In this document: positions 1-9,113 of the stretch, piece by piece
Position numbering within the stretch: the stretch's first letter is position 1
Layout: every line of letters starts with the position of its first letter
NCBI GenBank assembly: GCA_005887995.1
Contig: VBJD01000025.1
Span: forward strand, 18,386 to 82,385
Source of the DNA: Chloroflexota bacterium
Lineage (GTDB): Bacteria > Chloroflexota > Limnocylindria > P2-11E
Direction of reading: 5' to 3'
Length of the DNA stretch: 64,000 bases
The notes under the pieces: model-generated
Told to the model about the DNA's origin: nothing
Database searches by the model: none
What the model saw: the letters and a program-made list of their open reading frames with translations, nothing else
Translations under genes and position numbers: made by a program

Positions 1-943
1 GCAAGACGCTCGCGGGCACGAGGGGGCGCAACGCCGCGATCGCATCGCGGATCGACTTCGGCTTGCGCGTCGCGACGAGCCACACCGCGAGGAACGGCAA
101 GAAGAACAGCGCGTGCAGCTTCGCGGCAGCCGCGGCCGCGATCGCGAGCGATCCGAGCGATCGGTGTTCGCGTTGCAGCAGAGCGATCCCCGCGAACAGG
201 AACGCGAGCACGAAGAAGTCATTCCGTCCTTCGACGACGAATGGGAAGAGCTGCGGGTTGAGTGCGACCAGCGCGACGAGCGCGAGCCTGTGCTCGGGCC
301 GCTTCACGAGCAGCGGCAGGATCGCGAGCGTCGCGATGAACGCGGGGAGGTAGAGGTAGCGCTCATCCCAGGTGATGCTGAAGTGGTCGAAGACCCACAC
401 GAACGGCACGGTGATAAGGAAGAGCGATGGGAAGTACGTGAGGTGGTAGAGCGCCGGGTTGTTCACCATGGGCCAGTTCACCAGTGGCGTGTCGAGGTAG
501 TCCGCGACGTAGGGGTTCTGTCCGCTGAGGAGCTTGCGCGCGGCCCACTCGACCATGAGCGCGCCGTCGTGGATGTACGTGTACGCGCGTCCGGTCTCTC
601 GGAGCACGATCGATGCGATCGTCGGCGCGACGACGAATGAGGCGACGATCGCCCCGAGATGCAGCGCGCGTTGCCGCGTCGTGAACGCGGAGCCCGACCG
701 TAGGTCGCGCAGCGCGTAGAGCACCGCACCCACGCCGCAGGCGATCAGGAAGACCGCGTCCCAACCCGGTGGGAACAGCCGCCAGAGCGGCAGGTCGCGC
801 GTGTCTGCGACCGTCGTGTGGTTCGCGAAGAGCAGCAGCCAGTTGAACACGCCGACCGCGAACACGAGGCGCGCGTCCAGCGAAAGTCCTCGCCACGATC
901 CGAGCGCCGCACGGGCGGCACGCTCGATCCCCCTTGCGATCAT
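1..943 (-). CDS. Polytopic membrane glycosyltransferase, GT-C/GT87 (DUF2029)-like; partial, runs off the window start
   Basis: Not in the ORF track. My translation from ATG 943 (ATGA overlap with the truB stop) gives MIARGIERAARAALGSW...YIHDGALMVEWAARKLLSGQNPY...LTYFPSLF...VEGRNDFFVL...AAKLHA, with many TM segments and the GxNPY, YxP and GxND motifs typical of GT87-like enzymes. Confidence 0.7.
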   Translation of the reverse strand, partial: MIARGIERAARAALGSWRGLSLDARLVFAVGVFNWLLLFANHTTVADTRDLPLWRLFPPGWDAVFLIACGVGAVLYALRDLRSGSAFTTRQRALHLGAIVASFVVAPTIASIVLRETGRAYTYIHDGALMVEWAARKLLSGQNPYVADYLDTPLVNWPMVNNPALYHLTYFPSLFLITVPFVWVFDHFSITWDERYLYLPAFIATLAILPLLVKRPEHRLALVALVALNPQLFPFVVEGRNDFFVLAFLFAGIALLQREHRSLGSLAIAAAAAAKLHALFFLPFLAVWLVATRKPKSIRDAIAALRPLVPASVL

Positions 944-1719
944 GAGACCGCCTCTCCACTGACGAGCATATCGGCGGGTTCGCGCATGTAGCGGTCGTTC
1001 AACACGAGGAGCTCGTCGCTCGGCTCGCGCAGTCGCGCGAGCGCGGTATCGCGGCCTTCGCGACGCAGCGTCTCGATGGGGACCGCGTCTCGCGCCTCCA
1101 TCGCGCCGACCGCCAGACGCCGCAGCGACGCGAGATGCGCCGCCGACGACGAAGCTCGCCCGATGTCCCGCGCGAGGGAGCGGACATAGGTACCCGACGA
1201 GCACACGACGAGCAGCCGCATCTCCGACTGCGGTGACCAGTCGGTCATGTCGAGCCGAGAGACCTGCACCTTGCGCGCCGCGAGATCGAGTTGCTCGCCT
1301 GCGCGTGCCCTCGCGTAGGCTGGACGACCGCCGACTTTCACCGCCGCATATGCGGGCGGTCGTTGCTCGATGACACCGCGAAATGACGCGAGCGCATGCT
1401 CGACCGCATCGCGACTCGGCGGGGGCGCCACGCGGGTCATCTTGCCTTCGCGGTCGTCCGTCTCCGTCTCATGTCCGAAACGGACCACGGCGACGTACAC
1501 CTTCATCGCGGTGTGAAGACGATCCGTGAACTTCGTCGCTGTGCCGACGAGAACGGGAAGGACCCCGGTGGCCATCGGATCGAGCGTGCCGCCGTGACCG
1601 GTGCGGCGCACGCCGACGACCGCCCGCGCGACGGCAACGACGTCGAACGACGTCCACCCCGCGGGCTTGTCGACACTGAGAACGCCCGATACCGGGCGTT
1701 CTTGTGTCTCCCCGCTCAA
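940..1719 (-). CDS. truB: tRNA pseudouridine(55) synthase TruB
   Basis: DKPAGWTSFDVV, GHGGTLDPMATGVL and CSSGTYVRSLARDIG motifs; follows rbfA/DHH. The TTG start at 1719 is uncertain. Confidence 0.97.
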   Translation of the reverse strand: MSGETQERPVSGVLSVDKPAGWTSFDVVAVARAVVGVRRTGHGGTLDPMATGVLPVLVGTATKFTDRLHTAMKVYVAVVRFGHETETDDREGKMTRVAPPPSRDAVEHALASFRGVIEQRPPAYAAVKVGGRPAYARARAGEQLDLAARKVQVSRLDMTDWSPQSEMRLLVVCSSGTYVRSLARDIGRASSSAAHLASLRRLAVGAMEARDAVPIETLRREGRDTALARLREPSDELLVLNDRYMREPADMLVSGEAVS

Positions 1720-1810
1720 AGCCTCGTTGTCACTCGCGAGGTGGACTCGCTCGTCGCGAATGAATCGCTCCTCGCTCGACCCGGTCTCGGACGCTCCTCG
1801 CTCGACTCAG
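1716..1810 (-). repeat. Intergenic cassette, copy C (DHH/truB)
   Basis: Direct repeat CGCTCCTCGCTCGAC at 1766-1780 and 1792-1806. GGTGGACTCGCTCGTCGC (1740-1757) matches 34216-34233 at 17/18 nt. Confidence 0.6.
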
Positions 1811-2799
1811 CTCCGGACTGCGGCGCCCGCCAACGATTCTCGGGCCGCGTTGAGGATCTCGTCGCGAACGCGTCCGAGCGGGCCCTTCACGAGAGCGCCG
1901 GCGGCTCGCACGTGCCCGCCTCCGCCCCAGCGCGACATGAGCGCCTGCGCATCGACTGCCGGCGCCCACTGCGAAGTACGGCATGAGACCTTCACGACGC
2001 CGTCCTGCTCGTTGAAGAGGAGCGCCACGCGCATGCCACTCGAACGTGCGAGCTGCTCGACGAGTCCGCTCACGTCCTCATCGCGCGCGTCGGACTCGCG
2101 GAAGTCAGCGGTACCGATCTCCGTCCACACGAGGCGTCCGTCCATCTCGCGCCGCATGCGCGCGAACGCGAGCCCCCAGAGCTTCAGCGATTCGAACCGC
2201 TTGTTGCGATAGATGTTGTAGGTGATCGCCTGGAGATCTGCCCCTGCCTCACGCAGCATCCCCGCGCGGTCGAGCGCGCGGCGGTCCGTCGACGGGAACT
2301 GGAACGACCCCGTATCCGTCATGATCCCGACGAGCGCAGCGGTCGCCATCTCGGACGTCCAGCGCGCGCCGAGCGCATCGATGACCCGTGAGACGAGCTC
2401 GGCCGACGCGGCCGAAGAAACGTCGACGCAGTTCGTCGCCGCGAAGTGATCGTTCGAGGCGTGGTGATCGATGTTCAGCGTGCGCGGTCCGCTCGGCAGC
2501 GTGAACTTCGCGCGGTCGATCGAGCCGAAGTCGACGGTCACGACGAGGTCCACGTCCCGCGCGGGCGGCTCCGTCGTGAAGCGCTCGGTGCCGGCGAGGA
2601 AACGATAGTTCTCGGGCACGGGATCCGCGCAGTGCAGCGTCACGCGCTTCCCCATCCCCTCGAGCGCCAGTCCAAGCGCGATCGCGGATCCGATGGTGTC
2701 GGGGTCGGGATCGCGATGTGAGACGATCGCGACGGACTTCGCCCGCCGTAGCTCCGCGACCGCCGACGCGAGCTGCGTCTCCAGTGGCGCGACCGTCAC
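1807..2799 (-). CDS. nrnA: DHH/DHHA1 bifunctional oligoribonuclease/PAP phosphatase (NrnA family)
   Basis: HRDPDPD, IDHH, TDTGSF and GGGGHVRAAG motifs; usual position after rbfA. Confidence 0.9.
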   Translation of the reverse strand: MTVAPLETQLASAVAELRRAKSVAIVSHRDPDPDTIGSAIALGLALEGMGKRVTLHCADPVPENYRFLAGTERFTTEPPARDVDLVVTVDFGSIDRAKFTLPSGPRTLNIDHHASNDHFAATNCVDVSSAASAELVSRVIDALGARWTSEMATAALVGIMTDTGSFQFPSTDRRALDRAGMLREAGADLQAITYNIYRNKRFESLKLWGLAFARMRREMDGRLVWTEIGTADFRESDARDEDVSGLVEQLARSSGMRVALLFNEQDGVVKVSCRTSQWAPAVDAQALMSRWGGGGHVRAAGALVKGPLGRVRDEILNAARESLAGAAVRS

Positions 2800-3152
2800 G
2801 ACTTCTCTTCTCGCTCGCGCGCCTGGCGCAGCAGCGTCGAGATGCGCGCTGAACGCTCCGCGGAGCGGTCCGAGACGAAGGTCAGCTCGGGGACGTAGCG
2901 CAGCTCGGTGCGCGTCCCGAGTTCGTGACGGAGGTACGGCGTCGCCTCCTCGAGCGCCTTCATCGTGCTCGCGATCTGCTCGTCGTCGCCGAGCACGCTC
3001 ACGTGCACGCGGGCGCTACGCAGGTCGTCGGTGATCTTCACCTCGGTGACCGTCGAGAACGCGATCCGCGGATCGGCCAGCTCCTCGCTGATGATCGTGC
3101 CGAGCTCGCGCTGCAGGAGCGCGTTCACGCGATCGGCCCGCTTGAAGGTCAT
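2796..3152 (-). CDS. rbfA: 30S ribosome-binding factor RbfA
   Basis: [17 protein letters not shown]...DPRI...DLRSARVHVS...LRYVPELTF. ATG 3152 overlaps the infB stop; the ORF-track start is over-extended. Confidence 0.95.
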   Translation of the reverse strand: MTFKRADRVNALLQRELGTIISEELADPRIAFSTVTEVKITDDLRSARVHVSVLGDDEQIASTMKALEEATPYLRHELGTRTELRYVPELTFVSDRSAERSARISTLLRQAREREEKS

Positions 3153-5056
3153 GCTCGCGGCTTGGGCTCGACGACGAAGGCCTCGATGACGTCGCCGACC
3201 TGGACGTCGTTGGTGCCGTCGAGGACGATGCCGCACTCGAGACCGGCGTTGACCTCGCGCACGTCGTCCTTCACGCGGCGCAGCGAGCCGATGCTTCCCT
3301 CCCACACCGGCGCCGTCGCACGGATGAGCCGAGCCTTCACGCTGCGGCGGATGACGCCGTCGAGGACCATGCAGCCCGCGATCGTCGTCTTGCCGGCGGT
3401 GAAGAGCTGGCGCACCTCGGCGTGGCCGAGGATGCTCTCGACCATCTCCGGTTCGAGCATTCCGGTGAGCGCCTTCTGCACGTCGTCGAGCAGCTCGTAG
3501 ATGACCTTGTACTGACGGACGTCGACGTTCGTCGATTCCGCGGCGCGCCGCGCGGGCGCTTCCATCTTCGTGTTGAAGCCGATGACCACCGCGCCCGACG
3601 CCGCGGCCAGCGTGAGGTCGGACTCGGTGATGTCGCCGACGCCGTCGTGGATGACCTGCAGCCCGACCTCGTCCTGCGGCACCTTCGCGAGCGCGCCCTT
3701 GATCGCCTCGAGCGAACCCTGCACGTCGGCTTTGAGGACGAGCTTCAGCTCCTTGGCCTTGCCCTCCTTCACCTGCGCGAACATCTCATCGAGCGTCGCG
3801 GGCTTCTCGGCGCCGACGCCGCCAGCGCGTTCGAGCTGGTGCTGCGCGACAACGGCCTTCGCGGTCTTCTCGTCCGGCACGGCGCGGAAGATGTCTCCGG
3901 CCTCGGGCACGTTCGGGAGACCGAGGATCTCGACGGGGCGGCTCGGCTCCGCGCGGCCGATCGTCTTCCCCTTGTCGTCGGTCATGGCGCGGACGCGTCC
4001 GTACGTCGTACCCGCGACGACGAGGTCGCCGCGCTCGAGCGTCCCAGCCTGCACCAGCACTGTCGCGACCGCGCCGCGACGCGCATCCATGTGCGCTTCG
4101 ACGACGCGACCGGCGGCGGAACGGTCGGGGTTCGCCTTCAGCTCCGCGACGTCGGCGACGAGCATGATGACCTCGAGAAGGTCGGGTATGCCCTGCTTCG
4201 TGCGAGCCGACACGGGAACGAGCGGGGTCTCCCCGCCGTACTCCTCGATCGTGACGCCGCGTTCCGCGAGCTGCGCCTTCACCTGGTCGGGGTTCGCGTC
4301 GGCCTTGTCGATCTTGTTGAGCGCGACCACCATCGGCACCGCGGCGGCCTTCACGTGCGAGATCGCCTCGACCGTCTGCGGCTGCACGCCATCGTCCGCG
4401 GCGACGACGAGCACCGCGACGTCGGTGAGCATCGCGCCACGTGCGCGCATCGCGGTGAAGGCCTCGTGACCGGGTGTGTCGAGGAACGTGACCTTCCGTC
4501 CATCGTGCTCGATCTGATACGCGCCGATGTGCTGCGTGATGCCACCGGCCTCGCGCGCCGTGACGTTCGTCGAGCGGATCGCGTCGAGGAGGCTCGTCTT
4601 CCCGTGGTCGACGTGGCCGAGGATCGTCACGACCGGTGGGCGCGTCTTGAGCTTCGTCTTGTCGTCCTCGGTCCAGAGGTCGAGCTTCACCGGCGCGATC
4701 TCGGCCTCCGGCTCGGCCGGCGCGGGCGTCTCTTCCTCGGCCTGGGTCTCGATCCCGAGTTCCGTCGCGACCAGCACCGCGGTCTCGAAGTCGATGCTCT
4801 GGTTGATCGTCTTCATCTCGCCCATTCCGACGAGCGCACGCATCACGTCGACGACCGGGACCTCGAGGAACTTCGCCAGGTCGCCGACGAGCATGCTCTT
4901 TGGCAGCGTCACGGGCGCGTGGCCGTTCGACGCGGCCTGTGCCGGCGCGGGGACGGGCTCGGGCGCCGGCGCCTGCTGCTGCTGACGCTGCGGCCGGCGT
5001 CCCTTCGGACGCGGCCCGCGGTGCGGCGGCAGTCGCCTCGGTCTCGCTTTCGGCAT
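3149..5056 (-). CDS. infB: Translation initiation factor IF-2 (short form)
   Basis: [32 protein letters not shown] and GLECGI motifs. Confidence 0.99.
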   Translation of the reverse strand: MPKARPRRLPPHRGPRPKGRRPQRQQQQAPAPEPVPAPAQAASNGHAPVTLPKSMLVGDLAKFLEVPVVDVMRALVGMGEMKTINQSIDFETAVLVATELGIETQAEEETPAPAEPEAEIAPVKLDLWTEDDKTKLKTRPPVVTILGHVDHGKTSLLDAIRSTNVTAREAGGITQHIGAYQIEHDGRKVTFLDTPGHEAFTAMRARGAMLTDVAVLVVAADDGVQPQTVEAISHVKAAAVPMVVALNKIDKADANPDQVKAQLAERGVTIEEYGGETPLVPVSARTKQGIPDLLEVIMLVADVAELKANPDRSAAGRVVEAHMDARRGAVATVLVQAGTLERGDLVVAGTTYGRVRAMTDDKGKTIGRAEPSRPVEILGLPNVPEAGDIFRAVPDEKTAKAVVAQHQLERAGGVGAEKPATLDEMFAQVKEGKAKELKLVLKADVQGSLEAIKGALAKVPQDEVGLQVIHDGVGDITESDLTLAAASGAVVIGFNTKMEAPARRAAESTNVDVRQYKVIYELLDDVQKALTGMLEPEMVESILGHAEVRQLFTAGKTTIAGCMVLDGVIRRSVKARLIRATAPVWEGSIGSLRRVKDDVREVNAGLECGIVLDGTNDVQVGDVIEAFVVEPKPRA

Positions 5057-5376
5057 TAGTGCGTCTCTCCCACTTTTGCTCTTGCTTCGGCTGCTTCTGT
5101 CATCTCTTTACGCAATCGGTCGGCGGTGGCGTCGTCGATCGTCACCTCGAGCGCCCGCGCGATGGCGCCTTCGCGGAGCCCGCGTTCGACGCACGCCGGG
5201 TCAGGGTCACAGTACGCGCCCCGCCCCGCGGCCTTCCCGCGCACGTCCACCGAGAGCTCTCCGCTCGGCGAACGCACGATCCGCACGAGGTCGCGCTTCG
5301 CGCGGACCGTCCGGCACGCGACGCAGGTCCGCTGCGGCGTCGGACGGACGGTGCTCTTGGCACCGGCCGCTGTCAC
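5056..5376 (-). CDS. ylxR: YlxR/DUF448 family RNA-binding protein
   Basis: PQRTCVACR...LVRIVR...GRGAYC motif; lies between nusA and infB; GTG start at 5376. Confidence 0.92.
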   Translation of the reverse strand: MTAAGAKSTVRPTPQRTCVACRTVRAKRDLVRIVRSPSGELSVDVRGKAAGRGAYCDPDPACVERGLREGAIARALEVTIDDATADRLRKEMTEAAEARAKVGETH

Positions 5377-5377
5377 C

Positions 5378-6598
5378 TTAGCGGCGCTCGCGCTTCTTCT
5401 TTCCTCCGAGTAGCGCGCGGTCCTCCTCATCAAGCTCCTGTTCGTCCGCGAGGGCCGACTCGGCTTCGACCTCGGCGACGAGGTCGTGACGGATCTCCGC
5501 GTCTTCGGCCTCGGGCGCGGGCGCCGGCTCGGCGGCGACCGCCTCGACCTCCGGCTCCGGCTCGGGCTCGAGCTCGGCGCGGACCTCCGACTCGCTGCGG
5601 ATGTCGATGCGCCAGCCAGTGAGCTTCGCGGCAAGACGGGCGTTCTGCCCTTCCTTGCCGATCGCGAGTGAGAGTTGGCGATCCGGAACGACCACGTACG
5701 CGGTCTTGTCGTCCGCGACGATGTCGACGCGCACGACGTGCGCCGGCTCGAGCGCGTTCGCAACGTACTGCTCGGGCTTCTCGGACCACTCGATGATGTC
5801 GATCTTCTCGCCGCCGAGCTCGTTCACGATCGCCTGCACGCGCAGGCCCCGCTGGCCGATGCACGCGCCGCGCGCGTCGATGCCGGGCTGGCGAGCGCGG
5901 ACCGCGACCTTCGTGCGCGACCCCGACTCGCGCGCGATCCCGACGATCTCGACCTGGCCGTTGAAGATCTCCGGCACCTCGTACTCGAAGAGCCGCTTCA
6001 CGAGCGCCTTGTGGGCGCGGCTGACGATGATCTGCGGGCCGCGGAGCGTGCGGCGCACCTCGAGCACGACCACCTTGCGGTGCTGGCCGATGAAGTAGCG
6101 CTCGTGAGGCGCCTGCTCGCTGCGCGGCAGGATGGCCTCGGCCTTGCCGAGCTCCATGATCGCGGAGCCGGCGTCGAAGCGGCTGATCTGCCCGTTGATG
6201 ATGTCGCCCTCGCGGTTCGCGTACTCCGCGAAGACCTGCTCGCGCTCGGCCTCACGCAGCGACTGCTGGATGACCTGCTTTGCGGTCTGCGCGCCGATGC
6301 GGCCGAGGGCCGCGGCCGACTCCTCGAGCGGCACGATGTCGCCGAGCTGCGCATCGGGCTTGATGCGCTGCGCGGCCTTCAGCTCGATCTGGAGCTTGGG
6401 GTCCTCGACCTTCTCGACCACGGTCTTGAGGAGGTAGACCTTGAACGCGCCGGTGGTGATGTCGACCTTGACGTCGATGTTCTCTTCAGCGCCGTACGCG
6501 CGCTTGAGCGCGCGCGCGATGATGTCGCCGACGACTTCCTTGGGAAGACCCTTCTCAGCGGAGAGCTGTGCGAGACCGGTGACGAGCTCTCGGTTCAT
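5378..6598 (-). CDS. nusA: Transcription termination/antitermination factor NusA
   Basis: [13 protein letters not shown]1 and KH domains ([33 protein letters not shown]), acidic C-terminal tail. Confidence 0.99.
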   Translation of the reverse strand: MNRELVTGLAQLSAEKGLPKEVVGDIIARALKRAYGAEENIDVKVDITTGAFKVYLLKTVVEKVEDPKLQIELKAAQRIKPDAQLGDIVPLEESAAALGRIGAQTAKQVIQQSLREAEREQVFAEYANREGDIINGQISRFDAGSAIMELGKAEAILPRSEQAPHERYFIGQHRKVVVLEVRRTLRGPQIIVSRAHKALVKRLFEYEVPEIFNGQVEIVGIARESGSRTKVAVRARQPGIDARGACIGQRGLRVQAIVNELGGEKIDIIEWSEKPEQYVANALEPAHVVRVDIVADDKTAYVVVPDRQLSLAIGKEGQNARLAAKLTGWRIDIRSESEVRAELEPEPEPEVEAVAAEPAPAPEAEDAEIRHDLVAEVEAESALADEQELDEEDRALLGGKKKRERR

Positions 6599-6652
6599 GC
6601 CAGCGCTCCCCCATCTTCAATTCCGCCGACGGGGCGCCGCCGCGCGGGCGAT

Positions 6653-6678
6653 AAAAAAAGTGGGGTCGACCCACTTTT
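6653..6678 (-). terminator. Intrinsic terminator/attenuator in the nusA leader (rimP-leader-like)
   Basis: Minus strand reads AAAAGTGGG-TCGAC-CCCACTTTTTTT, between the promoter and the nusA start. Confidence 0.8.
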
Positions 6679-6720
6679 CAGGTTGCCCGCGGACGACGGA
6701 AAACCCGCCGACCTAGGAGA

Positions 6721-6729
6721 ACTATAGCA
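6721..6729 (-). promoter_or_regulatory. Extended -10 promoter (TGnTATAGT) of the nusA-infB operon
   Basis: Minus strand TGCTATAGT lies about 40 nt upstream of the leader terminator. Confidence 0.7.
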
Positions 6730-6746
6730 AATCGTGTCGAATCGCG

Positions 6747-6778
6747 AAAAAGGAGAACGGCCGCCGGGCCTTGCTCCT
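6747..6778 (-). terminator. Probable terminator of the Flp pilin gene
   Basis: Imperfect stem GGAGCAAGGCC-CGGC-GGCCGTTCTCC followed by TTTTT, just after the stop codon. Confidence 0.5.
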
Positions 6779-6779
6779 C

Positions 6780-6929
6780 CTACGTCAGATTGTTCCCAAT
6801 ACTCGAGAAGTAGTTCGAGAGCTGGTCCTTGAAAAAGACCATGGCGACGATGATCGCGATGGCGATGACAGCGATGATGAGTGCGTATTCGACCATTCCC
6901 TGTCCTCGCTCGTCGAGCCAAAAACCCAT
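6780..6929 (-). CDS. flp: Flp family type IVb pilin (49 aa)
   Basis: Not in the ORF track. Translation MGFWLDERG|QGMVEYALIIAVIAIAIIVAMVFFKDQLSNYFSSIGNNLT shows the G|QxxxEY prepilin motif and a hydrophobic helix; SD AAGGAG upstream. Confidence 0.93.
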   Translation of the reverse strand: MGFWLDERGQGMVEYALIIAVIAIAIIVAMVFFKDQLSNYFSSIGNNLT

Positions 6930-7011
6930 TCGTACTCCTTAGCGCGGCCCGGCGGCCGGCCTGAAAGGGTGGCATACGTTAGGCCTGGTTGTCAGCCCAA
7001 CAGAGGTCCTG

Positions 7012-7590
7012 TCACCGGCCTGCGACCGCGGTCCGACCAGCGGCGCGCAGTGCGGAGGTCACGCGCTCCTCAGTACTAGCGGCACCCACCGGTGGTACTC
7101 CGCGCAGCGCCGCGAGCGCTTCTGACGCGCTGTAACCGAGCGCCTGGAGCGCAGCCGCTGCTTCATCGTCGACGACGATGCCCATCGGTTCGCGCTCCGA
7201 TCCGCCGCGCGACACCTTGCTCTTCAGATCGACGATGAGCCGCTCCGCCGTCTTCTTCCCCACTCCCGGCGCGCGCGACAGCGCTGCGACGTCACCTGAC
7301 GCGATCGCGGCCGCGACCTGCGCGGGACGCGCGACGCTGAGGATCGACATCGCCGCCTTCGGACCGACGCCCGAGACGCCGATGAGCATCTCGAAGAGCG
7401 CGAGCTCCTCGCGCGTCTCGAATCCGTAGAGCTGCTGCGCGTCCTCGCGCACGACGTGGTGGGTGTGGAGCTGCACGATGTCGCCCGCCGGATGGCGCGG
7501 CACGAACACCTTGTACCCGACGCCGCGCACGTCGACGACGACGTGATCGTTCGCTCGCGCGATCACTTCGCCGCTGACGCGCGCGATCAC
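7012..7590 (-). CDS. ruvA: Holliday junction branch migration protein RuvA
   Basis: MIARVSG...GVGYKV...VREDAQQLYGF...VSGVGPKAA...PGVGKKTAERL...ALQALGY; GTG start at 7590. Confidence 0.97.
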   Translation of the reverse strand: MIARVSGEVIARANDHVVVDVRGVGYKVFVPRHPAGDIVQLHTHHVVREDAQQLYGFETREELALFEMLIGVSGVGPKAAMSILSVARPAQVAAAIASGDVAALSRAPGVGKKTAERLIVDLKSKVSRGGSEREPMGIVVDDEAAAALQALGYSASEALAALRGVPPVGAASTEERVTSALRAAGRTAVAGR

Positions 7591-7760
7591 GAAATGCCCA
7601 CGACTTCGCGATCCACTCGCTTCTCGGGGCACTCCGCTCCTCGCTGCTGGCTACGGCGGCCCCGGCATCCTTCGTTGACCGAGCTGAGCACGGGCCGCCT
7701 GGGCGCAGACGCTCGTCGCGGAGTGCCCACTCGCGCTCGCGGGTCGCGGCGCCTGATCAC
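7587..7760 (-). repeat. Structured intergenic cassette, copy A, with a 57-codon coupling mini-ORF
   Basis: Inverted repeat GGGCACTCCGC/GCGGAGTGCCC; core homologous to 27698-27830; GTGATC at both ends; open frame from GTG 7760 to TGA 7587. Confidence 0.8.
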
Positions 7761-8305
7761 TTCGCGAGCGCGACGCGCGCGGCGAACCGGGCGCGGTTCG
7801 CGTACGTCACGGCGACGGCGATGGCGTCGGCGACGTTGTCTTCGGCGATCGGCGCATCGAGTCGCAAAACGTGGACGAGCATCTGCTGCACGGTCTTCTT
7901 GTCCGCGCTGCCATTCCCCGTCACGCCTTGTTTCACTTCTTGCGGCGTGTACTCGGCGATCTCGAGCCGCGCGCGTGCGCCGCAGAGGAGCGCGACGCCT
8001 CGCGCTTCGGACACGAGCATCGCCGTGCGGACGTTCTTGTTGAAATAGAGGCGCTCGAGCGCGAGCGCGGTCGGCGCGTGCTCGGCGATGAGGTGGTCGA
8101 GCGCAGTCGCGATCGCGAGCAGCCGCTCCGCCGTCGAGAGCGATCGCTCGACGTCCACGACGCCGCAGTCGAGAAGCCGTGGTGGGTCGCGGTCGAGCGC
8201 GAGAAGTGCGAACCCCATCCCGGTCGTCCCCGGGTCGATGCCCAGGACCGTGCCGGCGCTACCAGGAAGCCCGCCTTGGCGGGCTTCCGAGTACAGGCCG
8301 GGCAA
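7757..8305 (-). CDS. ruvC: Crossover junction endodeoxyribonuclease RuvC
   Basis: VLGIDPG, ALERLYF, EARGV, EYTPQEVK...GNGSADK and ADAIAVA motifs. Start uncertain (TTG 8305). Confidence 0.96.
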   Translation of the reverse strand: MPGLYSEARQGGLPGSAGTVLGIDPGTTGMGFALLALDRDPPRLLDCGVVDVERSLSTAERLLAIATALDHLIAEHAPTALALERLYFNKNVRTAMLVSEARGVALLCGARARLEIAEYTPQEVKQGVTGNGSADKKTVQQMLVHVLRLDAPIAEDNVADAIAVAVTYANRARFAARVALAK

Positions 8306-8315
8306 GGCCCGGGTC

Positions 8316-9059
8316 TTAGGCGTTCTGAAGCACCTCGATGGGGATGTCAAAGTTCGCGTGCACCTTCTGGACGTCGTCCAGGTCTTCGAGACCTTCGACC
8401 AACGCCAGCACCTGCCGCGCCTTGTCGCCCTCGACGCGGACGCTGTTCGACGGACGCATGCTGATCTCGGCGGAGGCGATCGGGATCGCCGCCGCTTCGA
8501 TCGCCTTCTTCACCCGTTCGAACGCCGTCGGGGTCGTGTAGACGGTGACCAGCGAACCGTCGACTTCGACGTCCTCGGCACCCGCGTCGATCGCGACGAG
8601 CTGAATGTCGTCGGTCGAGCGGCCGCCGGCGTCGATCTCGATGACGCCCTTTTGCTCGAAGATCCACTGCACCGAGCCCGACTCGCCGAGCTTACCGCCG
8701 TGCCTTGTGAACGCCGCGCGGATCTCGGGCGCCGTGCGGTTCCGGTTATCCGTGGCCGCCTCGACCATGATCGATACGCCGCCCGGCCCGTACCCCTCGT
8801 ACAGGACGCTCTCGATCTGGACACCCTCGCCGCCGCCAGTCGCACGCTCGATGGCCCGGTCGATGTTCGCGTGTGGCATGTTCACCGCGCGCGCACGGTC
8901 GACCGCGAGACGGAGCCGGAAGTTCCCCTCGGGGTTCCCCCCACCCTCACGCGCGGCGAGCATGATCTCCCGCGTCATCTTGGTGAAAACGATGCCCCGC
9001 TTGATGTCGGCCGCGCCTTTTTGGCGCTTGATCGTGGACCACTTTGAGTGACCTGACAT
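8316..9059 (-). CDS. yebC: YebC/PmpR family protein
   Basis: MSGHSKWSTIKRQKG, YEGYGPGG, TDNRNRT and LEDLDDVQKVHAN motifs; ATG at 9059. Confidence 0.97.
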   Translation of the reverse strand: MSGHSKWSTIKRQKGAADIKRGIVFTKMTREIMLAAREGGGNPEGNFRLRLAVDRARAVNMPHANIDRAIERATGGGEGVQIESVLYEGYGPGGVSIMVEAATDNRNRTAPEIRAAFTRHGGKLGESGSVQWIFEQKGVIEIDAGGRSTDDIQLVAIDAGAEDVEVDGSLVTVYTTPTAFERVKKAIEAAAIPIASAEISMRPSNSVRVEGDKARQVLALVEGLEDLDDVQKVHANFDIPIEVLQNA

Positions 9060-9113
9060 CGGCTGAATAGTATGTCCGAGAGACGCGTCACTCAGTGGAT
9101 TTAGGGGAGATAG

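Noticed and set aside
3149..5056. Short IF-2 (635 aa) as a truncation or pseudogene
   Set aside because: All G and C domains are intact; short N-terminal regions are common in many phyla.
3422..5059. Long antisense or alternate-frame ORFs in the track (for example 3422-5059, 27968-29899, 38607-40217, 46351-48261)
   Set aside because: Shadow ORFs of real high-GC genes, with no recognisable motifs and Arg/Ala-rich composition.
6930..7011. c-di-GMP or c-di-AMP riboswitch upstream of the Flp pilin (also checked 43930-44287)
   Set aside because: I could not find the consensus motifs by eye; an Rfam scan would be needed to exclude them fully.
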